DNA of 64,000 nucleotides from an uncultured Planctomycetales bacterium (GTDB lineage: Bacteria; Planctomycetota; Planctomycetia; Pirellulales; Thermoguttaceae): positions 53,798 through 117,797 of the forward strand of contig CALGFD010000001.1 of assembly GCA_937881075.1 (NCBI GenBank), given 5' to 3'. A program made the translations under genes and the position numbers. Positions 12,558-21,400 of the stretch are shown here, in pieces (position 1 is the stretch's first letter; the number at the start of each line of letters is the position of its first letter). The notes under the pieces are model-generated. The model was not told where the DNA came from and searched no databases. It saw only the letters and a program-made list of their open reading frames with translations.

Positions 12558-12890
12558 ATGCCCGATTTCATCCAAGTCGTGACCACCATCGAACGGCGGG
12601 CCGACGCCGATCAGATTGCCCAAGCATTGGTCGAGTCCGAATTGGCCGCCTGCGTGCAGATCGTCGGCCCGATCACGAGCATCTACCGCTGGAAAGGCAA
12701 GGTGGAGACGGCCCAGGAATGGCAATGTTGGGCAAAGACGCGCGCCGACGTGTACACCGAGGTGGAGCAGAAGATCCGCCAGTTGCACCCCTACGAAGTT
12801 CCTGAAATCCTCGCCCTCCCCGTCCTGACTGGCAGCGCGAGCTACTTGCAGTGGCTCGAGGCGGAAACGCGACCGGGCAAGGAACAATGA
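12558..12890 (+). CDS. cutA: divalent-cation tolerance protein CutA
   Basis: The C-terminal ~110 aa of the 158-aa ORF matches CutA1 (AACVQIVGPITSIYRWKGKVETAQEWQCWAKT...YEVPEILALPV). Start chosen at the internal ATG (MPDFIQVV), consistent with the ~105-aa CutA length. The upstream in-frame extension is probably non-coding. Confidence 0.75.
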   Translation: MPDFIQVVTTIERRADADQIAQALVESELAACVQIVGPITSIYRWKGKVETAQEWQCWAKTRADVYTEVEQKIRQLHPYEVPEILALPVLTGSASYLQWLEAETRPGKEQ

Positions 12891-12957
12891 ACCGCCGGGA
12901 TGGTCGGCAATCCCCATTCGTAATCAATTCTCGCAAGGCACTCAGGCGTCTGCACCC

Positions 12958-14859
12958 ATGACGATCCCATTTGCTAGAAAAGTAGCGTTCCTTGCGGCCA
13001 TGTCTGTCGTCGCGTTGGCAGCCGTTGTCCAAGCACTGCAAGCGGCAGAAGTCGCGACGGCAACACGTGCTTCTTCCCCGGCCGATCTTGAAGCCGGCTA
13101 CGTGCGCCCGCAGCCTCCCCGGTTCGACATACCGCCCTATCGCGGCGAGCGTTACCAGGACAGCGTGCCGGACACCCTCGATCTGGCCGAAATGGCTGGC
13201 CTGGCCATCAACGGACTGACCGGCCCGGCCGATCCGGCCGCCGATTACGAAATCTACGCCACGGTCGATTTCTTCCGCAACCCGCCCGTGATGATGCACG
13301 ACTTCAGCGATCCAATCCAGCCGAAGTTCATGGCCCCGCTGGTGCTAATGCGAATCATCAGCGGCAGCGAAGCAAATCTCGATTCGGAGCGCGGGCAGAT
13401 CAACTATTTTCTCAAGACGACTGGACCGGACGGCCTTTGGTACCGTCCGTTGAAGGGCCGCCCTTGGTGGCGGACCAACGAATGGGACGAGGTCAAGGAT
13501 CGCAGCGGCGGCAAGCAGGAACCGCCACCCTATGCTGGCGGTGCCTTTTGCGGGCCCAGCGCGCGATTGCTCGAGGCCTATTGGCTTTACTACGGCCGCG
13601 ACAAGAATCCGATGTGGAAGGATCTCGCCGACCGAATGGTCGAAAACGGCGCGAAGTGTGTCGACCGCATGTACTCGCCTCCCGCTGGGTCGAAAGGTTT
13701 CTTGGCTGAAGATGGCTGGACGGTCCAAGGGCTGGCCCGGCATTACCGACAGTCGGGCTCGGCAACGGCCAAGGCGAGTGCCGTGAAGCTGATCAACTAT
13801 TTGAAGATTGATGCCGCAATCTTCGACAAGGATGGCAAGTTCCTCTTTGAGCCAGAGTTCCAGCCTGGTCGCGGCGGTCCCCATTTCCATTGCCACGCCA
13901 ACTGCGTCGTAGGCTTCCTGGAATATGCGATCGCCGCCCAAGATCGCGAACTGATGGAATATGTCGACAAGAGCTATCGCTGGGCCCGATTGCAGGGATC
14001 GCCGCTGGTCGGCTTCTTCTACGAAAATGTGCGCCGTGACTACCCCGGGAGCGAAACCTGCGCCGTGGCCGACATGCTTCAACTCGCCGTGATGCTTTCC
14101 AAGAGCGGCAAGGGGGATTATTGGGACGACGCCGACCGCTGGGTAAGAAACTATTTCGCCGAACTGCAGATGACCCCCGCCCAGGGCGAACGCCTCAAGC
14201 GAATGGCCGCAACGATGCCGGCCAAGCCGGTGGCCTATAACGAAATGGCCGACCGGATGATCGACCGCAATATCGGCAGCTTCACCAGTTTCCCGTCGGG
14301 CAATGAATGGGCCGTCCATCTCGGCATCGTCCACTGCTGCACCGGCAACGGCGCCCGGGGGTTGTACTGCGTCTGGGACAACATCCTGAACTACCAGGAC
14401 GGTCGGCTTCGCGTGAATCTGCTGTTGAACCGGGCCTCGCCCTGGGCCGATGTGTACAGTAGCATTCCCTACGAAGGTCGCGTCACGATCAAGACCAAGA
14501 AGCTCTGCCAGGAAGTCTTAATCCGCGTGCCCGAATGGATCCCCAGCGGCAGCCGCGAGGTCCGGTGCGAGGTCGATGGGAAGCCGGCCACGATTGCTTG
14601 GCGAGGTCGCTATGTGTGCCTCGGCGCCGTGGCGGCCAAGGCGGCCGTCAACCTGATGTTTCCCATCGCTGAGAAAACTGTCACCGAACGGATCGGTGGG
14701 GTCGATTACCGGTTGGTAATCAAGGGTAATACCGTGGTTTCGATCGATCCGCCAGGCAAGCATTGCCCACTTTATGTCGATCGGGCCAAGTACCGCCAGG
14801 ACAAGACCATCTGGCGCGAGGTGAGCCGATTCGTCTCCAGCGAGAAAGTCGACTGGTAG
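12958..14859 (+). CDS. secreted hypothetical protein (633 aa), possibly a glycoside hydrolase / polysaccharide-lyase-like fold
   Basis: Signal peptide (MTIPFARKVAFLAAMSVVALAAVVQALQA), long well-behaved ORF. The family call is weak; Cys/His clusters (HFHCHANCVVGFLEY, HCCTGNG) could be a metal site. Confidence 0.55.
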   Translation: MTIPFARKVAFLAAMSVVALAAVVQALQAAEVATATRASSPADLEAGYVRPQPPRFDIPPYRGERYQDSVPDTLDLAEMAGLAINGLTGPADPAADYEIYATVDFFRNPPVMMHDFSDPIQPKFMAPLVLMRIISGSEANLDSERGQINYFLKTTGPDGLWYRPLKGRPWWRTNEWDEVKDRSGGKQEPPPYAGGAFCGPSARLLEAYWLYYGRDKNPMWKDLADRMVENGAKCVDRMYSPPAGSKGFLAEDGWTVQGLARHYRQSGSATAKASAVKLINYLKIDAAIFDKDGKFLFEPEFQPGRGGPHFHCHANCVVGFLEYAIAAQDRELMEYVDKSYRWARLQGSPLVGFFYENVRRDYPGSETCAVADMLQLAVMLSKSGKGDYWDDADRWVRNYFAELQMTPAQGERLKRMAATMPAKPVAYNEMADRMIDRNIGSFTSFPSGNEWAVHLGIVHCCTGNGARGLYCVWDNILNYQDGRLRVNLLLNRASPWADVYSSIPYEGRVTIKTKKLCQEVLIRVPEWIPSGSREVRCEVDGKPATIAWRGRYVCLGAVAAKAAVNLMFPIAEKTVTERIGGVDYRLVIKGNTVVSIDPPGKHCPLYVDRAKYRQDKTIWREVSRFVSSEKVDW

Positions 14860-14893
14860 ATCGCGCGGCGTCGTTTAGATAAGAAGGCTTCGC

Positions 14894-15352
14894 TTATTCG
14901 GCTGCTTCGGCCAGTTCGAGGGCGGCCGCTTCAAGACCATTTCGGGCGGCCTCTCTTAACCAGCGGCGCTTCTCGTTTTCGCCGGGGCAGCAGAGGGCCA
15001 ACTCGTACATCGCCGCGACATGCCCTTCTTCGGCCGCCATCCGCAGCCAGCGGAGACGCTCGCTCGGCTCGGTTTCGTCGCGTCCCAGCAGGTACATCGC
15101 GTGGACATGTCCCTCTTGGGCCGCCATGCGAAGCCAATAGCGCTTTTGTCGCGGGTTGCCGCAGTTCAGGCCGTAGTCGTACATCGCCGGCACATAGCCT
15201 TCGTGGGCTGCCTCGCGGAGCCACCACTGCCGCTCCTGTTCCGCGTGACATTGCAGCGCCAGGGCATGCATTGCCGGAACGTGTCGGTCCTTGGCCGCTT
15301 CCCGAATCACGTTTGTCTCCTTTGCCACCGTGGATTTCAAATAGCTGATCAT
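14894..15352 (-). CDS. Sel1-like repeat (TPR-like) protein
   Basis: Four tandem ~36-aa repeats of the form W.R.AA.EGHV.AMY.L. Start placed at the internal ATG (MISYLKST); the longer ORF to 15526 is also possible. Confidence 0.6.
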   Translation of the reverse strand: MISYLKSTVAKETNVIREAAKDRHVPAMHALALQCHAEQERQWWLREAAHEGYVPAMYDYGLNCGNPRQKRYWLRMAAQEGHVHAMYLLGRDETEPSERLRWLRMAAEEGHVAAMYELALCCPGENEKRRWLREAARNGLEAAALELAEAAE

Positions 15353-15573
15353 CGGCCCTCCCTTACAGAACGATCCATGCCGTTCGAAACATGAAGCTAG
15401 CCGATGGCCGTGAGTAGAAAACGAAAATCGAGTTAGAAGTCTGCAAGCGGCCTCGAGTTCTTTCGGTATTGGCGTCCGATTCCACTCGCCACGCGCGAAG
15501 CCGTTTCCCGCTCCCGACCATGGCACAGAGTTTGCATAAAGAAAGCGGCGGCATCTTGCCGGGAGCTATTCTC

Positions 15574-17331
15574 ATGCGCTATCGGGTCCTCGCCTGCGAT
15601 TACGACGGCACGCTCGCCCACGGCGGCGTCGTCGGGACGAGGAGCCTCGGCCTGCTCGAACGGCTGCTTTCGACCGGGCGGAAGCTCGTCTTGGTGACCG
15701 GCCGCGAGCTAAGCGATCTGCGGAGCGTGTTTCCCGATATTGCCCTTTTTCAACGAGTTGTGGCCGAAAACGGCGCTCTGCTGTGCGACCCGGCGACGCG
15801 TAAGGAGACCCGGTTGGGCAAGCCGATCCCGGAACGGTTTGTCCAGACCTTACAGCAGCGTGGAGTCAACGATCTTTCGGTGGGCCACGCGATCGTGGCG
15901 ACCCATCGCCCCTCGGAAAACATCGTTCTGGCCACGATTCGCGACCTTGGCTTGGAACTGCAGACCATCTTCAATCGCGAGGCGGTGATGATCTTGCCGG
16001 CCGGCGTGAACAAAGCCACGGGATTGGCGGCAGCCTTGAATTCCCTGGGCTTGACGGCCCACGAGGTCGTCGCCGTGGGCGATGCCGAGAACGACCATGC
16101 CTTCTTGGAGTTGGCGGAACTCGCGGTGGCCGTCGGCAACGCCTTGCCAGCCTTGCAAGAGCATGCCGATTGGGTGACCGCCGGCGAAGACGGCGATGGC
16201 GTTGCTGAAGTGATCGAAGGCCTGCTGTCCGACGACTTGGCCAGCCGCGAAGAAGGCGGCCGGCGACGGCTGCTGCTGGGCGTAGATCTTGACGGCGAAG
16301 AGGTCTTTCTCTCCCCTCGCGGTCCCAACGTCCTGATCGCCGGGCCCTCGGGAAGCGGCAAGTCGACCGTCGTCACCGGGATCCTCGAACGGCTCTCGGA
16401 CAGCCAGTACCAATTCTGCATCATTGATCCAGAAGGCGACTATGAGAATCTCGAGGGGACGGTCACCTTGGGCCGCGTGGGACGTGGACCGATGGCCGAT
16501 GAGGTTCTCGATGTCTTGGCCAAGCCCGACCAGAACCTGGTGGTCAATCTCCTCGGCCTTCCGGTGGCGGACCGTCCGCCGTTCTTCCTCGAACTGCTGC
16601 CGCGGCTGCACGACCTTCGCGCGCATACCGGTCGGCCGCACTGGCTGATCGTCGATGAAGCCCATCACTTGGTGCCCGCCTCGTGGCAACCGAGCCAGGT
16701 GGCCGCCGTGGGAGCGCTGGAGAGATCGCTGTTTGTCACCGTGCATCCCGATCAAATTGCTCCCGCCGCGCTTCGCTCGGTGGGCCTTGTCCTGGCCGTG
16801 GGCGAGTCGCCGGAAACGACCCTCTCGCTCTTTGGCAAGCCGTTGGGGCTATCGCCGCCCGGTTTCCCGCACCCGGCCCAGGAAAATGTCACTGCGATGT
16901 GGCAGGTCTTCGACGGCCGCGTTCGGCTCCTCAACCTGGCGCCGCCACGGTTGGAACGGCAGCGCCATGCGCGGAAGTATGCCATCGGAGAACTGCCGCC
17001 CGATCGGAGCTTCTACTTCCGCGGGCCTGACAACAAGTTAAATCTGCGCGCCCAGAACCTGCAGCTTTTCCTGCAACTCGGCGAAGGGGTGGACGAGGAA
17101 ACCTGGCTCTTTCATCTGCGCCGCGGCGACTACTCGGAGTGGTTCCGTACGCGCATCAAGGATGAACAGATGGCCGCCGAAGCCGAAGGCATTGAACGCG
17201 AACCGCAACTGGCCGCCGACGAAAGCCGGGCACGCATTCGCGAACTCATCGAACGGCACTACATGCCACCAACACCCGTGTTGCCGATTCCGGACACGGA
17301 CGCCGCCGGGACGCGCAGCGACGCCGGCTGA
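15574..17331 (+). CDS. fusion protein: N-terminal HAD-superfamily IIB (Cof/SPP-like) phosphatase + C-terminal HerA/FtsK-like (DUF87-type) P-loop ATPase
   Basis: HAD motif I (LACDYDGTL) and motif IV (VVAVGDAENDHAFLELAELAVAVGNA). These are followed by Walker A GPSGSGKST, the HerA/VirB4-family signature IIDPEGDY, and Walker B LIVDEAHHL. Start chosen at MRYRVLACDYDGTL; an upstream start at 15469 or 15520 is possible. Confidence 0.7.
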   Translation: MRYRVLACDYDGTLAHGGVVGTRSLGLLERLLSTGRKLVLVTGRELSDLRSVFPDIALFQRVVAENGALLCDPATRKETRLGKPIPERFVQTLQQRGVNDLSVGHAIVATHRPSENIVLATIRDLGLELQTIFNREAVMILPAGVNKATGLAAALNSLGLTAHEVVAVGDAENDHAFLELAELAVAVGNALPALQEHADWVTAGEDGDGVAEVIEGLLSDDLASREEGGRRRLLLGVDLDGEEVFLSPRGPNVLIAGPSGSGKSTVVTGILERLSDSQYQFCIIDPEGDYENLEGTVTLGRVGRGPMADEVLDVLAKPDQNLVVNLLGLPVADRPPFFLELLPRLHDLRAHTGRPHWLIVDEAHHLVPASWQPSQVAAVGALERSLFVTVHPDQIAPAALRSVGLVLAVGESPETTLSLFGKPLGLSPPGFPHPAQENVTAMWQVFDGRVRLLNLAPPRLERQRHARKYAIGELPPDRSFYFRGPDNKLNLRAQNLQLFLQLGEGVDEETWLFHLRRGDYSEWFRTRIKDEQMAAEAEGIEREPQLAADESRARIRELIERHYMPPTPVLPIPDTDAAGTRSDAG

Positions 17332-17519
17332 AGCAATTGCTCCTTGTTGGCAATGCCCCCGGCCAGCCGCGAAAAGTCACCCACGGCCCTTGCCCTCGGG
17401 TGGCGGACTTGACCCAGCCGCGGTACAATGGCGGACAGGTGTGCGACAGCTTGTCGCCAGGGAGTGGGATGGTTTTTTCGGCCTGAGGTGCCCTTCAGCA
17501 AGACGCTTTCCCAAAACGT

Positions 17520-18434
17520 GTGAGCAGCACAAGACTGGATCTCAGCCACGTCCGCTTTCGAGGCCTCGTCCGCAACGGCGGCCGACCGGTGCGCCACTTC
17601 CCACCACCGGCGCCGCGCCCGGTTGAATCTGAGGAGCGTCTCGACGAGTTTGTTGCCTGGGTGCTGATGCGTTCGGGACTTAAGGTCTCTGCCTACCGGA
17701 CTCATCCTTTGCACCGTCGCTTGCCGGCTTGTCTGCGGCAGTTGAAGGTGCCCTCGACGGCTGCCGCCCGCGAACTGCTCGAATCCAGGCCGGCCCTGTT
17801 GCAAGTGGCGCTAAATGCTTTCTTGATCGGAGTCACGGAGTTCTTTAGGGAACCGGCGGTCTTCGATCAGCTGCAGACGTACCTCCAGAAGCTTGCCGCC
17901 CAACGCCGAAGACCGCTGCGGGTTTGGAGTGCGGCCTGTTCCACTGGGGCCGAACTGTACAGCGTGGCGATCCTGCTTGCCGAGGCGGGACTTTTGGAGC
18001 AGAGCCTGCTCTTGGGGACCGACTGCCGGCCGGACGCCGTGGCCGAGGCCCGGCGCCCGCAATTCGACCTGCCACAGTGGAATGCCGCGGAGACTGCCCG
18101 TCGATCGAAGTATTTCGAGCCGATCGGACAACGCTGGCGGCCGATCGAGGCGGTGCGGCAACGGACACACTGGAAGGTGGCCGATCTCTTGGCCGGCATG
18201 GAAGCTGGGCCCTGGGACATCGTCCTGTGGCGAAACGCCGCCATTTATCTCAAGCCTCAAGTCGCCGAAGCGACTTGGCGCGGATTGGCCAGCACGCTGG
18301 AGCCGAGTGGCTTGTTGGTCACCGGCAAGGCCGAGCGACCGCCCAGGGACTTGGGGTTGGCGCCGTTGGGACGATGCTTGTACGGCCGCTGGCCTTTGTT
18401 GGACGCAATCCTTCCGCTCGATTCCTCTCGATAG
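17520..18434 (+). CDS. CheR-type protein-glutamate O-methyltransferase
   Basis: CheR N-terminal helical region followed by the SAM-binding core with the FFREP and VWSAACSTGAELYS motifs. The exact start is uncertain. Confidence 0.75.
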   Translation: MSSTRLDLSHVRFRGLVRNGGRPVRHFPPPAPRPVESEERLDEFVAWVLMRSGLKVSAYRTHPLHRRLPACLRQLKVPSTAAARELLESRPALLQVALNAFLIGVTEFFREPAVFDQLQTYLQKLAAQRRRPLRVWSAACSTGAELYSVAILLAEAGLLEQSLLLGTDCRPDAVAEARRPQFDLPQWNAAETARRSKYFEPIGQRWRPIEAVRQRTHWKVADLLAGMEAGPWDIVLWRNAAIYLKPQVAEATWRGLASTLEPSGLLVTGKAERPPRDLGLAPLGRCLYGRWPLLDAILPLDSSR

Positions 18435-18471
18435 TTTCCTCCTGCCCCTCGCTGCAAGCGAATTCCATCCG

Positions 18472-21400
18472 ATGAATTTCAGGCTAAAGACTGGCTTTGC
18501 CGTCGCCTTGGGCGCGGTGATCTTGGTGACCATCGGCGCGAGCGCCTATCTGAGCACCGAGCGCCTGCTCGAAGCGAACGCTTGGGTGGCCGCGTCCCAG
18601 CAAAGGTTGGCCGATCTCGAACACATTGTCGGTCTTTTGAAGGACGCCGAGGCCGGCCAGCGAGGCTTTCTCTTGACCGGCCAGGAAAGCTATCTGGCGC
18701 CGTACTCGAGGATGCTCGCCCATTTCCACCAGAACCTCGCCGCGCTGTCCGTCGGCATTGAAGATGATGCGGAGCAGAAACAAAGCCTTGGCAAGATTCA
18801 GAAACTCGCCGAGACGCGATTGGCCCAATTCAACGAGGCGATCGAACTCCGCCGTCAGTCGGCCTTGCCCGCCGCGCGGGCGGCGGCATTAATTGAGCGC
18901 GGCCAACAGACGATGGATCAACTCCAGGAAGTCGTCACCCAAATCCGCCTGGCCGAACAGCGGGTTCTCGAACAGCGCAGCGAGGCGGCCCGCGTCTTCG
19001 CCGCCCGCGCCCTGCGGGTGGTCGGCCTGTGGATTCCGGCTTCCTTGCTCCTGCTGGTGTTGGCCGCGATGGCGGTGGTCCGCGTGACGGCGCTGAATCG
19101 ACCGGCGTTGCGAGGCGCCAGCCCGAAAAAGCGAGCCGCCTTCTTCCTCCTTCGCTATGCCGCGGCCCTGCTGGTGGTGTTGATTGCCACGCTCTTGCGG
19201 TTGAAGTTGAGCGAGGCGTTCGGGCCCTTGCCGACCTATATCACCCTTTACCCGGCGGTCCTTCTCGTCGCGGCCCTCGGCGGGGGCGGCCCCGGTCTGT
19301 TCGCCACGGCCATGGCCATCGCCGCCGCCGACTACTGGTTTTTGCCGCCCGATGGCTTCGGGATTCAAACTCCCCACGACCTGCTGGCACTCGGCATCTT
19401 CGCCAGTTCCAACATCTTCCTGTGTTTGCTCGCCGAACGACTGCGGCAGGCGAGTTGGACCGAGGCCCATCACCAGGCTCAGCAAGAAGAGTTGGACCTG
19501 CTAAAAATGGGCAACCTCGTCGGCTTGGACACGCAGTCCCGGATCACGCATTGGAGCGAGGGCTGCCACCGCCTGTATGGTTTCTCTTCCGAAGAGGCCA
19601 TCGGCCGCAACCTCGATGAACTACTGCAGACGCGATTTCTCGAGCCCAGCGAAGCCCGAGATCCGGCGCTCAACCAGCGGGGATATTGGGAAGGCGAGGC
19701 GGTCCGCCAGGCCAAGAACGGAGCGGCCCGAAACGTCGCGCTCCTCATGGCCCTGCGCCGCGACGAGCGCGGCCGCCCCACCGCGATGCTCGAGGTGAGC
19801 ACCGACATCACCGAGCAGAAGCGAGCGGAAGAGGCCCAGCAGCAGCAATCGGATGAACTGTCGCGCCAGAACGAAGAACTCACCCAGCAGGCGGAGGAAC
19901 TCACCCAGCAGACCGAAGAACTGACGCAACAGGCGGAGGAACTGTCCAGCCAAAACGAGGAATTGCAGTCGCAGTCGGAAGAAATTCAGTTGCTCAACGT
20001 GGAACTGGCACGCCGCGAAAACCTGCTGCAGAAGCTTCTCGACTCGGCTCGTTTGGCCAGCACCGAGCGAAAGGTGATGCAGGACATTTGCCAGGCCGCT
20101 TTGGAAATGTTCGGTCCGGCCGCGGCCGCCGTGATCGTGCATGAGAAAGCGGGGCCGCATTTGCACGTCCGGGCCCATGCCGGATTGGCCAACGGCGAAG
20201 CGCTGCCCGAAAGCCGGCCCTCCCGCTGCACCTTCGCCGAATTGGTAATCCAGGAAGACCGCACGGCGTGCCTCGACGATACCGGGAAACGGCCCGATTT
20301 GACCATCTGCAATCCGGAGCAAGGCCCGCCGTTTCAATCGGTTTTGGCCGCGCCGATGCGCGCCGATGGCGAGCCGTTTGGCACGGTCGCCGTCTATGCT
20401 TATGTCAAACAGCAATGGACGGCCGAGCAATTCCGGCTGGCCGAATGGTTGGCCGGGCAGTGCGGCGGAATCCTGGAAACCCTCCGCCTCCAGGAACGCG
20501 TGCAACGACTCTACGAGGAACAGCAGACGATCTTCCATGCCGTGCCGGCCATGATCTGGTATAAGGACACGAAGAACAACATCCTTCGCGTCAACCGCGC
20601 CGCCGCTCTGGCCCTGGGTAAGCCCGCCGTGGAGATCGAGGGGCATAGCTGCCACCAACTCTTTCCCGACGAGGCCGAACGCTACTACCAGGACGACTTG
20701 GAAGTCATCCGCTCGGCCCAGCCGAAACTGGCAATCATCGAACCGTTAACGCTCCCCACCGGCCAAAAGCGCTGGGTGCAAACCGACAAAATCCCCTATC
20801 GCAATACGGCCGGGACCGTCTCGGGCGTGCTGCTGTTCTCCATCGACATCACCGAACGCAAACAGTTTGAGGAGGAATTGCAGCGGGCGAAGGCGGCGGC
20901 CGAAGCCGCTAACGTCGCCAAGAGCCAGTTCCTGGCCAATATGAGCCATGAACTCCGCACGCCGATGAACACCATTCTCGGGATGACCGAACTGGCGCTG
21001 GGCGAGCAGTTGTCGGTCCGCGTCCGCGATTATCTGCAAACGGCGCGACAATCGGCCGACGGCCTGCTCGAACTGCTCAACGAAATCCTCGACCTCTCTC
21101 GCGTGGAAGCAGGCAAGTTCGACTTGGAGTCGACCCTTTTCGATGTTCACAAGGCCGTCGACCAAGTGATCAAGACGGTCGGCCTGAGGGCGGAAGAGAA
21201 AGGCCTGGAACTCACTTGCGACCTGGATGGCATCCCCGCCCAACTGGTCGGCGATCCCTTGCGGCTGCGGCAAATCCTCGTGAATCTGGTGGGCAACGCC
21301 ATCAAGTTCACCGGCGAGGGAGAGGTCGCCGTCCGAGCCCACGTCGTTTCCTCGGAAGCGCATGAGGTCGTGCTGCAATTCGAGGTCGCCGACACCGGCA

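Noticed and set aside
17893-18471. 5' extension of the 1656-aa track ORF overlapping the CheR gene in another frame
   Set aside because: Translation is Arg/Pro/Trp/Cys-rich nonsense (MPPNAEDRCGFGVRPVPLGPNCTAWRSCLPRRDF...), whereas the overlapping frame gives a clean CheR. The in-frame ATG at 18472 starts a proper signal/TM N-terminus, so the kinase gene is taken to start there.
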